This document shows, piece by piece, positions 18,734-28,200 of a stretch of DNA of 64,000 nucleotides (the stretch's first letter is position 1; each line of letters opens with the position of its first letter). The position numbers were made by a program, and so were the translations under genes. The stretch lies in IMG/VR virus record IMGVR_UViG_3300003618_000228; one strand, written 5' to 3'. The notes beneath the pieces are model-generated. The model did no database searches. It was not told the origin of the DNA and worked only from the letters and a program-made list of their open reading frames with translations. Source of the DNA: an uncultured virus (IMG/VR IMGVR_UViG_3300003618_000228) (Duplodnaviria > Heunggongvirae > Uroviricota > Caudoviricetes).

Positions 18734-19076
18734 ATTCCTTCCTAAACATATCAAGACATATTCGATAGTTAATACATTTTACTAAGTGGTGGTGTCCGTT
18801 TGGATAAAATGAATTTGGCCGTGCCGCCAGGCCTGGCCATGACCGTCTTTGTTCGGATGTTCTCGCAAGTAATTCTTTTCTACATATAGCATCCATACGT
18901 AAATTAGGATTAAAGTTCTGGAATATACGATGTGTAGTCATTATATCTTGCGCCGCACCCCGACACTCTCCTTCCGAATGCATTCGTATTTGATACCAAA
19001 CATCATTCTCACCTTGGTAATGTCCACTAAATGGACCTACACTCAACATTATCATTAATAACCATGGTTCCCACAT
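18726..19076 (-). CDS. Hypothetical protein, possibly exported
   Basis: Hydrophobic N-terminus MWEPWLLMIMLSVG; AAGGA SD upstream. Confidence 0.5.
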   Translation of the reverse strand: MWEPWLLMIMLSVGPFSGHYQGENDVWYQIRMHSEGECRGAAQDIMTTHRIFQNFNPNLRMDAICRKELLARTSEQRRSWPGLAARPNSFYPNGHHHLVKCINYRICLDMFRKEYD

Positions 19077-19086
19077 TGTTATTTCC

Positions 19087-19347
19087 TTAAGGGTAAATTA
19101 CTCCAAACTTATCAGAGTCTTTAGTATTAAACTCCTTTTCAAATTTGTTTGCTTCTGCCCTTCGTTTGAACATTACTTTCACACCAGCGGCGTAGACAGT
19201 GTTATCTACTATATATTCATTTTCACAGTTTTTTTCACACCAAGTTTTTACACTTCTGTAAATGCCAACTGCTTTTTTAAACTCGTTGTTTTCTATAATT
19301 TCCCCTGTGTCAGCTTCCCATGGGAATGTTGCATGTTTTGTTATCAT
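19087..19347 (-). CDS. Hypothetical protein
   Basis: 86 aa; ATGA overlap with the upstream gene; GGAG SD. Confidence 0.65.
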   Translation of the reverse strand: MITKHATFPWEADTGEIIENNEFKKAVGIYRSVKTWCEKNCENEYIVDNTVYAAGVKVMFKRRAEANKFEKEFNTKDSDKFGVIYP

Positions 19348-19757
19348 TTTTTCTCCTGTTGTAATTGATAATAATTTTCATCTTTATTGAATTTTACTTT
19401 ATCAGCAGTAATAATTTCTTTAATAATCCTATGATCCTTGTCTGTAACATATACGGGTAAATCTGGATCTAATTCTGTTGCGTGTGTTACTTTAGTATAT
19501 TTTCTTAAACGGTTATATACGTCATGTTTAATTGGTTCTAACTTACCATTAATTATTACCCAATCAGTAATGTGATTAGTGTCTAACCATTTAGAAGGGA
19601 CTTTAATATGAAGACGGAACTCATCTACATATATGGATGCTTCATATATAATGCCGTTATCATGATAATATAAGCAGTAATCTACTTTAGCAACTTCTAA
19701 TTCTTCCTGTGATTCAATTGCTTCTATTAAATCATCTATTCCTTTAATCGTGCTCAT
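19344..19757 (-). CDS. Hypothetical protein
   Basis: 137 aa, overlapping both neighbours. Confidence 0.65.
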   Translation of the reverse strand: MSTIKGIDDLIEAIESQEELEVAKVDYCLYYHDNGIIYEASIYVDEFRLHIKVPSKWLDTNHITDWVIINGKLEPIKHDVYNRLRKYTKVTHATELDPDLPVYVTDKDHRIIKEIITADKVKFNKDENYYQLQQEKK

Positions 19758-20607
19758 AGTATTCTATTGTTTTATCTGCTAGGTACTCTTTACACTCTGC
19801 ACCATGTACTGGATATATTTGCGGCTCTACGCCTAATATTAAACCAACGTCATCACTATACTCTATATTAATAATATCTTCTATCTCATGTTGCTCTGGC
19901 CAACCCAGTATGTTGTTTTTCATATGCACAAATGTTGGGTAGTCTAACACATTATTTGTATGTGTATATTCTGCTTCTTGTAACACTAATGCTATTGCTA
20001 ACGCAACATCAGTAGTAGGCTTTTCATCTCTACAATTTTTTAAACATTCAGATACTTCATCCCAATTTTTATAAACCCATTTAAGTGCTCTAAACAGTTT
20101 TAAACTTTCTTCTCCATAACGGAAGTACATAAACCCACTATAAGTGTTAGGTAAGTTGTTGATATCAAAGAGTTTTCTGTACTTGCGTGAGTTAGATATA
20201 GAACCGTCTAGTTTACGAACATTGGTCGCAATCATTACTTCCTGCTCACGCATAAACGTCCACCAATGATCTATATTGCGTGTAAACACAATATCACAAT
20301 CTAACTTAACTGTCTCTTTAAATGGTGTTATTGACCATGCTTTCCATTCATTGCCTAACTTCCATGAGTCATCCTCACTATCATCGCCCCACGGAATGTC
20401 TACTACATAGTCAAATACTTTGTAATGCTTTTCTGTTAATTGTTCTTTAGTTGGTTTATCTACAGCGATGGCAAACTTGTTTATAGTTTGTGTTGCTTTT
20501 AGACTTAATCCACAGGCGTATGCTAGTTTTAAATAGTCAGTATCGTTGTTATTTTGAACAAATGTGAAGTACCCAATTTGTTCATTATGTTCCTTGATTC
20601 TTTTCAT
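19744..20607 (-). CDS. Putative glycosyltransferase (GT8-like, GT-A fold)
   Basis: DYLKLAYACGLSLK...FDYVVDI...TPFKETVKLDCD (DxD)...YSGFMYF...TDVALAIA...FVHMK. Confidence 0.7.
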   Translation of the reverse strand: MKRIKEHNEQIGYFTFVQNNNDTDYLKLAYACGLSLKATQTINKFAIAVDKPTKEQLTEKHYKVFDYVVDIPWGDDSEDDSWKLGNEWKAWSITPFKETVKLDCDIVFTRNIDHWWTFMREQEVMIATNVRKLDGSISNSRKYRKLFDINNLPNTYSGFMYFRYGEESLKLFRALKWVYKNWDEVSECLKNCRDEKPTTDVALAIALVLQEAEYTHTNNVLDYPTFVHMKNNILGWPEQHEIEDIINIEYSDDVGLILGVEPQIYPVHGAECKEYLADKTIEYYEHD

Positions 20608-21463
20608 ATGTCACATGCGTTTTTTGATTTGATATAACAGGTTGAAACACATAATCTAATATCTCTTTAGCACAATTTATTATACTATGCTTGTTCATAA
20701 TATGAATATTAGTATTTGTTATATAAGATACTTCTATTTTATTTTTATTTTCATATTCATATATTACACTAGTATCTGGTTTTACTCTAGTTAATGTGCT
20801 TTCTGAAGGGAGAGTAAACAAAGGACTCTGAAAATAACTATTACAGTTTAATAAATTATATGCAATACTTATAGCATAGTCATTTCTGTATGGGCCACTT
20901 CTGAAATTATATAAATTGTAATAATATTGATAGTTATCTCGTACTAACTTAACAAGATTAAAAAACTCCTTTGCTGTATTATTTTTAGTAAAATATAATA
21001 CAGTTGCCCATAACATTGGAGTACTACTCCAGTGTAATAGTTTGTCATCTATAAAACTGTTTTTACCTGTAATGTCATAAACATTATTATGGCATATTAA
21101 TTCTTGATCAGATTCAAATAGCCATTGCAACGAGTTATTAAACATAAGATAATCTACGTCTAATAGTAATGTTTTTTCGTATGGGGTTAAATCATATGCG
21201 TGTGGGCGAGTTTTATTGTGCCAAGTAACTTCTTCTGTCTTACCATTAGGAATTCTAAAAGTGCGGTGGCCACTATCACCTGCCTCAACTATGATAACAT
21301 CATCAAAAGGATGTCCTTCATCTATATTTTTATCAGTGACTAGGGTTACACCACAATGTGGTAAATGTTTTTTAACTAATAATGTACAGAGCTTAGCTAG
21401 TTCTGTATATTTTATTGATTCATTATTGTATGCAAACAATAATATGCCATTTTCTGTGGCCAT
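20585..21463 (-). CDS. Putative glycosyltransferase (GT8-like, GT-A fold)
   Basis: GILLFAYNN...FDDVII...TPYEKTLLLDVD (DxD)...WATVLYF...RNDYAISIA...HIMNK. Confidence 0.7.
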   Translation of the reverse strand: MATENGILLFAYNNESIKYTELAKLCTLLVKKHLPHCGVTLVTDKNIDEGHPFDDVIIVEAGDSGHRTFRIPNGKTEEVTWHNKTRPHAYDLTPYEKTLLLDVDYLMFNNSLQWLFESDQELICHNNVYDITGKNSFIDDKLLHWSSTPMLWATVLYFTKNNTAKEFFNLVKLVRDNYQYYYNLYNFRSGPYRNDYAISIAYNLLNCNSYFQSPLFTLPSESTLTRVKPDTSVIYEYENKNKIEVSYITNTNIHIMNKHSIINCAKEILDYVFQPVISNQKTHVTYEKNQGT

Positions 21464-21464
21464 C

Positions 21465-21815
21465 TTATAGCTGCTCGGGCTTTCGTATTCCCCTAATCTT
21501 GTTCATTTGTACCATATATTCGTTATTAACTTCATAATATCGTTGCCATAATTTTTCACAAAATTCTTGTGAGTTTTCTATTAATATAGGATTATCATAT
21601 GAATCTAATATTATTGTGGGATTTGCTTTTAAATCTGCTGATTGTGCTATTTGTTGGCGTAACGAAAGCATTTCAGCAAATGTAATTAATTCTCTGGTTA
21701 CTTTAAATAAACCGCTGTTATAGGGGAGGGATAATAAACCTAGAGTGGCTTCACGCATTGTTGCGTGGGCCACTTTTTGGTTAAACTTCTTTTTAACTGT
21801 ATCTTTTACACTCAT
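21465..21815 (-). CDS. Hypothetical protein (first gene of the accessory operon)
   Basis: 116 aa, starting just downstream of the consensus promoter. Confidence 0.7.
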   Translation of the reverse strand: MSVKDTVKKKFNQKVAHATMREATLGLLSLPYNSGLFKVTRELITFAEMLSLRQQIAQSADLKANPTIILDSYDNPILIENSQEFCEKLWQRYYEVNNEYMVQMNKIRGIRKPEQL

Positions 21816-21822
21816 ATATAAT

Positions 21823-21851
21823 ATTATACATGAATTCTTTCATTATGTCAA
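21823..21851 (-). promoter_or_regulatory. Consensus sigma70-type promoter driving the leftward accessory block
   Basis: On the minus strand, TTGACA (21851-21846), 17 nt, TATAAT (21828-21823), with an extended -10 TG. Confidence 0.85.
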
Positions 21852-21854
21852 CTA

Positions 21855-22769
21855 TTATGTTTGAGCAAAACTACCCACTAATGCATATGCAGGAGCTGCA
21901 CTCCAACTAGCATTATTTAATTGAGTAGTATTGGGTGTTCTATGCGTAATAGTATTAGTTACTGTACCATCGACGGTATCATTAAAGTCATCAGCTGCGG
22001 CGTCTGCCCACGTAATTTTCATAGTTACAACTTCGCCAACGTCTGCGTTACTACCTTGTACGCCGTTAGATTTAGCTTCTACTAAAATATAACTTGCTGT
22101 ATAAGGAGTAGTACCTTCAAACTGCTTAAATATTGTTTGATACGATGTTGTCATATCATAATAACCAATAGTTGTTGCTATGGTGCCTGGTGTTCCAGAA
22201 CCACCTGACTTGGTTGTGCCCTGTGCGGCAAAAATAATTGTGCCACAAGCAGTTGCTAAAGCAGTCCATTCTGTGTTTTTAGTGTTACTGGTGCTAGTAC
22301 TTTTAGCGAATGATAGTCGTGTTGAACCACCCGCATTGTAATAATATCTTACTGCATCAGCACTTGCAAATGTTAGTGTATATTCATGAATTGTTGTTAC
22401 TGTCCAACTGCCTGCACCGCTACCAGTACTAGTAGTATCAGTGTAGTTGCCAGTATCAATATTCAATCTATTCGTGTTAATCAACGCCGTGTTTGCAGTT
22501 AATGCTGTAAATGCGCTAATTGTGTCGCCCGCACTGGGTGATGTGATCGATGTTAGAGATGTGCCTTGGTGGGCCGCGGCCGTTGTCTCTCTTGCTAATA
22601 ACGTAGACCATTGCGTGGCAGTTACAGTATCACCAATCGAAACATCAGCAATTGTGTTAGACTGGCCGTAGCCTTGGTCTCCACTGCCAGTGCCCCAGTT
22701 GGTGTTAAAATCTCCGCGAAAACTACTATAATGTGAAGCTAATATAGTATCGCCAGTTGAGTATGCCAT
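21855..22769 (-). CDS. Virion structural protein (tail fibre/collar-like, Thr/Gly/Ala-rich)
   Basis: MAYSTGDTILA...WGTGSGDQGYGQ; beta-strand-rich composition; AGGAG SD; TAAATA late promoter upstream. Confidence 0.6.
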   Translation of the reverse strand: MAYSTGDTILASHYSSFRGDFNTNWGTGSGDQGYGQSNTIADVSIGDTVTATQWSTLLARETTAAAHQGTSLTSITSPSAGDTISAFTALTANTALINTNRLNIDTGNYTDTTSTGSGAGSWTVTTIHEYTLTFASADAVRYYYNAGGSTRLSFAKSTSTSNTKNTEWTALATACGTIIFAAQGTTKSGGSGTPGTIATTIGYYDMTTSYQTIFKQFEGTTPYTASYILVEAKSNGVQGSNADVGEVVTMKITWADAAADDFNDTVDGTVTNTITHRTPNTTQLNNASWSAAPAYALVGSFAQT

Positions 22770-22877
22770 ATTCGATTTCTCCTAGGATTTATCTAAATTT
22801 AAATATCGTTTATATATAATTTCTCGAGAAATGACTTTATAAAGTCATCTACACTTATTTAGTATAAATCGTTATAT

Positions 22878-24422
22878 TTAAACAACCCGCACTATGCAAT
22901 TTACTAGTGTAACATGTGATTCTTCTTTATCAGTATCACTTTCTAAGGCGCGACCAATAACATTCCAGGAAGTACATTCTTCTTTAGTTGCCTTCCTTGC
23001 TGTACCATTACCTGCTGAAACTAATCTATCACCTTTTGTAATTGACCCTGTTACTTTAACTGGAACACGTCCTGATATTGCTACTGAAACACCATCTTGC
23101 TCACTATTCATTAAGTATGCTGGATACGAACTAACAACACCTAACACATCTTCTGAAGCATCATTTTCACACATAGTAACTTCTTTTTTGCCACCAATTT
23201 GTAATACTGTTCCTGGATCATATGCATAATCTGCTGTAAAGTTTTCTGCCAAGTCAGCATATTTCGCTTGTGATGATATGCCTGTCATTGTAGCACAATG
23301 CATGTTAGCATATGAGTCAATTGTTACATTGCCTGCTGTAGAACCTGTTTCAGTTGTATTAACTGCGGCCCATTCGTCTGCTGTTTCATCCCAAAAGAAA
23401 CCAGTATTAGTACTAGAGCCACGCTCTACTATTAGACCAGCATCAAATGCTGGGGTGCCAGTTACATTTTTAGCAACAACAATTAAAGGATCTTCTACAA
23501 GCAAATTATTTGTATTAAGTGTTGTAGTTGTACCACTTACCGTTAAATCACCTGCGATAGTTACTGAGTTTGTTGAACCATCAATAGTAACAGAAGTTGC
23601 TGGTGAACCACCTTGGTTAATACCAAGTAGTATGTTACCATTACTTGTAACATTTTTAATTGTTACATCATTACCAGATACACTCATTGACAAGTCTGAG
23701 TCAACACCAACGGTCATACCATTATCGTTGACAACACCTAGTGTTCCACTTGTTGTGTCGTTAGCATTTGAACGCAAGTAATTTGCGGCCGCTACGCCAC
23801 CCAATGCATCTGAGTCTGTTGCTGTGCCTTTGTACTTTGCACCTGAAACGTTTGTACTTAAATTGTAGCCTGGACTTACTGTTGTAAATCCTGTAATAGC
23901 AACGTTTGGTGTAAAAACAGTATCTTTAGAAACAATTGCTACTAATGAATCTGCTACATACATTTTTACTACTGTATGTGATACTGCTCCATTGTCTACT
24001 ATTGAATCTACTATTGCACCACTAATTACACCACCCGAGTAACTAGGACCGATAACGATCCAGGCACTACCATTATATGCTTTAAGCTGATCAGCAGTGG
24101 TGTCATACCATAAATCACCTTCTACTGGACTAGCTGGTTGTGTTGCCGATGATGTAGTACCACCTGATTCTACCCAGGTTGTTCCATTGTATACTTTGAG
24201 TGCAGTATTAGTTGTGTCCCACCAGAGTGTTCCAGCTAGTGGTGTTGACGGAGCGGATGAATTTGCAAAATTTTCTAATAATTTTACAAAGTTTTCATTT
24301 TGAATTTCACCATAACCGGCATAGTTTTTGCCGATCAGAGTCAAGTTAGTTGTTGTATCTAACGTGCCATCCGCTACGACCGCCAGAACTGCCCCACTTG
24401 TTTTATTTACAGTATATGCCAC
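22878..24422 (-). CDS. Tail fibre protein with C-terminal intramolecular chaperone (peptidase G2/IMC-like)
   Basis: LTLIGKNYAGYGE..NENF..LLENFA N-terminus, GDLWYD repeats and C-terminal AKYADLAE...GTVL...GVVS..PAYLMN...GRVPVKV..KGDRLVS. Confidence 0.75.
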   Translation of the reverse strand: MAYTVNKTSGAVLAVVADGTLDTTTNLTLIGKNYAGYGEIQNENFVKLLENFANSSAPSTPLAGTLWWDTTNTALKVYNGTTWVESGGTTSSATQPASPVEGDLWYDTTADQLKAYNGSAWIVIGPSYSGGVISGAIVDSIVDNGAVSHTVVKMYVADSLVAIVSKDTVFTPNVAITGFTTVSPGYNLSTNVSGAKYKGTATDSDALGGVAAANYLRSNANDTTSGTLGVVNDNGMTVGVDSDLSMSVSGNDVTIKNVTSNGNILLGINQGGSPATSVTIDGSTNSVTIAGDLTVSGTTTTLNTNNLLVEDPLIVVAKNVTGTPAFDAGLIVERGSSTNTGFFWDETADEWAAVNTTETGSTAGNVTIDSYANMHCATMTGISSQAKYADLAENFTADYAYDPGTVLQIGGKKEVTMCENDASEDVLGVVSSYPAYLMNSEQDGVSVAISGRVPVKVTGSITKGDRLVSAGNGTARKATKEECTSWNVIGRALESDTDKEESHVTLVNCIVRVV

Positions 24423-24510
24423 GCTAATTCTCCTATTTAATCGATTAAAGTGTATACGGCCATCTCTTGGCCAATTATTGAATGCTTATAGCATAATATA
24501 CGTATATTAT

Positions 24511-24518
24511 TATTTATA
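24511..24518 (-). promoter_or_regulatory. T4-type late promoter TATAAATA
   Basis: Exact T4 late consensus upstream of the fibre gene. The TAAATA core also lies upstream of minus-strand genes at 22856, 25268, 43628, 49343, 55562 and 56714. Confidence 0.7.
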
Positions 24519-24586
24519 CCTAGACTAAAATAAACGCTTTTAAATTACAGAAAACGCCTATTTTGTTCTAAATCTATTTATGAATA

Positions 24587-25261
24587 TTAAGTAGCACTAC
24601 TTAAATTTGTGAGTGTTTGAATTCTAACTGTATAATCTATTTGAATTAAGCGATTAAGTGATTTTTGCACTGGGTGAAATACTACATGTGTTAATAGGTT
24701 GCCTGTGGCGATACCACCTACTTCCCAACTTTTTAAACCCAATTCATCAAAAACATATGCTCCATCTAGTGCTGATGAGTTATCAAATGCTTCTTGCCCG
24801 GCTGGCTCTCCATAATCAAGCAAACAAGTTACTAAAATATCTGTATAAATTGTGCCACTAGTATGGGTTATTGTCATTTTATTTCTTGTAGGATCTGTAT
24901 TTGAGGAACTACTTCCATCAACTACTTTATAATAAGTTTTATTATACAAATCCGAAGAGGCGCCTGAGTTATTGGCAGGCAAGTAAGTTATGATGCCAGT
25001 TGTTGATACTGATGTACCACCATTGCCGAAGTGCATTTCATGTATAAATCCAGTAGTTTGGTTGGATATACTGTCTGCTAATGCTTTAGAAAAGTTTTCA
25101 TAATGAATAGCGTTACGTTGTTCTACAAATACTTCGTCTGTGTCTGGGTCAAATATCTTAATAAACCCTTCAACATTTACGCCTGGAATTTCGTTAGGTT
25201 GCTTTTCTTCCATTTCTTCGTGCTCTTCGCTGGTGTCTTGCTTGATTTCGTTGTTGTCCAT
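24587..25261 (-). CDS. Putative virion (baseplate/tail) protein
   Basis: Lies in the structural module. The FDELGL...LLTHVVFHPVQKSLNR..IDYTVRI pattern resembles tail-collar/baseplate proteins. Confidence 0.55.
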   Translation of the reverse strand: MDNNEIKQDTSEEHEEMEEKQPNEIPGVNVEGFIKIFDPDTDEVFVEQRNAIHYENFSKALADSISNQTTGFIHEMHFGNGGTSVSTTGIITYLPANNSGASSDLYNKTYYKVVDGSSSSNTDPTRNKMTITHTSGTIYTDILVTCLLDYGEPAGQEAFDNSSALDGAYVFDELGLKSWEVGGIATGNLLTHVVFHPVQKSLNRLIQIDYTVRIQTLTNLSSAT

Positions 25262-25278
25262 CTGAAGTATTTATCCTA

Positions 25279-28200
25279 TTATATTACCTTGGGAGTTGAT
25301 AGCGGTGCCTCTTTAAGGAACGTTACTTGTTTGGATGTTGCCATACCTAGTCCTAAACTGTTTGTGGCAGTTGATCCGCCTTGATCATACCAAACTTTAG
25401 TATGAACATCTGTGCCTGGTATTAATTGTTGTTTACTGCCATCTACTACTTCACTTGCTGTAGCATGTGTAGCATGAGCACCTGTGCCCCATGTGCCACG
25501 ACGTATTCTTTTTAGTTTGTTACCATCTATTTCCCAATATTCTATACGCTCGCCATTAATGAATATTACACCTGGCGTTGCTGTTGTTGGAACAGGCGTC
25601 AATAATTTAGTTGCGTCTGTTACGTTAATTTCTATATCTGTTAAAGCCAATGCTGTAGACAATGTTGTTGTGTTTGCTGTTGCAATTCTATAGTAAGATG
25701 TTTTGTCAAACATATCCTTCCAAATTCTAAAAGCAATGCCATCTCGTTGTTCTGCTTTACGCATGCCGGTTACAGTAATCATATCTGTTGCTAATATACT
25801 ACCAGCTGCTGGAGTCATTACTAAATTAGTACCAGTTATATAATAATCATGGTTTGCAATTTGTGGTATGCCATTTAACCATACCCATACATAGTTTATA
25901 TTTCTTTCTAATACCGATATATCATAAACTGGTGTTGAAATTGATACACTAACATCACCTGCATATCCACTAGTATCAAAAATTATTGTATCAAATCTTT
26001 CTAAATGTAATAATGTTGCAACTGATGTGCCTTTTATTACAAGTGTTTTGCCTTTACTGTATCTTTGATTAGAGAATGATTGTACAAATAATTTGTCACC
26101 AGTAGTTATTGTTCCAGCAGTAACAGATACACCACTACCATTTTCAAGTATAACTTGGTAATCATTTTGGATCCAATATTGACCATTTCTAATCGTAATT
26201 CCTATTTCTGCGCCTGTTGCAGGAATATTACCAACAGTAAATGTTATTTGGTCACGTGCAGGTGATCCACCAGTAAATGTATAATGTGTTGTAAGTGTTT
26301 GCAATACACCATCTACATGTACTTGAACATCAGCATCAGTTACTGATCCATATGCAATAGTTGGATTAGCTGGACCATCATATACCGCTAATACTCCGTT
26401 ACCTGTATAGTATTCTGTATCTGGTGGATTTAATCGTGTGTTGTTCAAATATACAAATGCTTTTGCGGCATCAGGGCCAAATTCAAAGAAGTTATCCTGG
26501 CCATATGTATATGTGTAACTTGCAGGCCATGTTGGACTACCAGGAACTGTAATTGTTTGTTCTTCACTTTCAACTTTAACAAATGGTCTAATTGCTTCTA
26601 TTTTGCCATCTGTTACAATAGCAGTTGCGGTTGCTGTGCCTGTAATTGCAACAGTTGGTGCTGATGTATATCCAGTACCTGCGTTTGTTACAATTAATCC
26701 ACTTACCTTGCCTTCAGCATTAATAACTGCTGTAGCCGCCGCGTTAGCGCCGCCACCCCCACTAAATGTTACTGTTGGCGCTGATGTGTAGCCACTACCT
26801 GCATTTGTAATTGTTAATCCTGACTTATTAAATGTATGCACTCGTATACGATCGTTATTTCCTGGTGCTGAAGCAAATGTTATTTTTGTTTTCTTATAAT
26901 AACTTGATGCTGTCCATGTCGGAGCGTTTTCTATACCATTTACAGTTATGTACAAGTATTGTGCATATTCATATGGTACATTCACAATAAACTGTGTTGT
27001 TGAAGTATCACCAATAAAGTCTTGTTTGGTTGATGTAACCGTATCACCACCTGTTTCAATTAATACAAAATGTATTAATTGTCCTGCTGGTACAGGAGAT
27101 ACCATTGTTATAATATTCGTCTCCATATCAATAGTATAATTTGTTGTTAATTTTTGTAATATTCTATCAATATATATTCCAACACCGGTAACATTTGTGG
27201 GTAATTTACCTTTAGAACTAAAATCATAAATTACAGCAGATCCATTACCTTCAAATGTATACTTTTTAATAGTAACACCAGTGTCTCGTGGTGATGGCAT
27301 TTCGTATACTTTGATATCTAATGTATCAAATACACGACCAGGTACTTGTTCTTCTGGTGCGTGTGATGTATATTCTGTTACAAAACCATCACCATCTACA
27401 GCAACATTGGCAGGATCAATACCACCACTTGTACTAAAATCACCACCACTTAGGTCAGTATCTACGCTTGATATAATTTTTACACCTTCTGGACTTATTT
27501 CAAAATCATCAAATTTTGATGAGGCATATGTTGCCCTGTCATAGCCAGGCTCCATATCAAATGTGGCACCAACTACCTTATTTGCTTTATATTGTAATCC
27601 AGAATCTGCTATAACAGCATCATATGTTGGAATGTTTGCTGTTTTATTATCCCAGGTTTTTGTACTGCCGGTGCCTGTTTGTCCACCAGAGTAAAATAGT
27701 GTTAAGCGATCACTATGCTTTTTAGCGGCCGCTTCATGTGCTGTTTCCAACTTATTGTAGGATGAGTATGAAACTGTTGCTGTTGCCGCGGCACTAGTAC
27801 CACCGCCACCACTAAATGCTACGGTTGGTGCGGCAGTATATCCTGTGCCTTCTTGTTCTACGACAACTGCTGTTACTGCTCCACCGGAAATAACTGCTTT
27901 GGCACTTGCTCCACCACCTGTTGTATCTCCTGCGGCATTTGTTATTGTTATCGTAGGTGCTGAGGTGTATCCACTGCCTCCAGCAGTTACGGCAATAGTT
28001 GTAACGTGTGATGGTGAATCAACACGATCAAACTTAATTGTTTCTTTAATATCTCTTACTTTATAATTTTCTAAATTAACATAACCAGTTGCTCCACTAC
28101 CACTACCACCTGAGATAATTACCTTCGGGGTAGTTACATATCCGGTACCAGCTGATGTTACGGTAATAGAATCTACCGTATCTAATCCAGGTGTTTTCAT

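Noticed and set aside
26600..28200. Repeated sequence suggestive of a CRISPR array or DGR template/variable repeats
   Set aside because: The repeats are degenerate protein-level GxGYTxAPT motifs. There is no fixed repeat-spacer period, no adenine-specific mismatch pattern and no RT.
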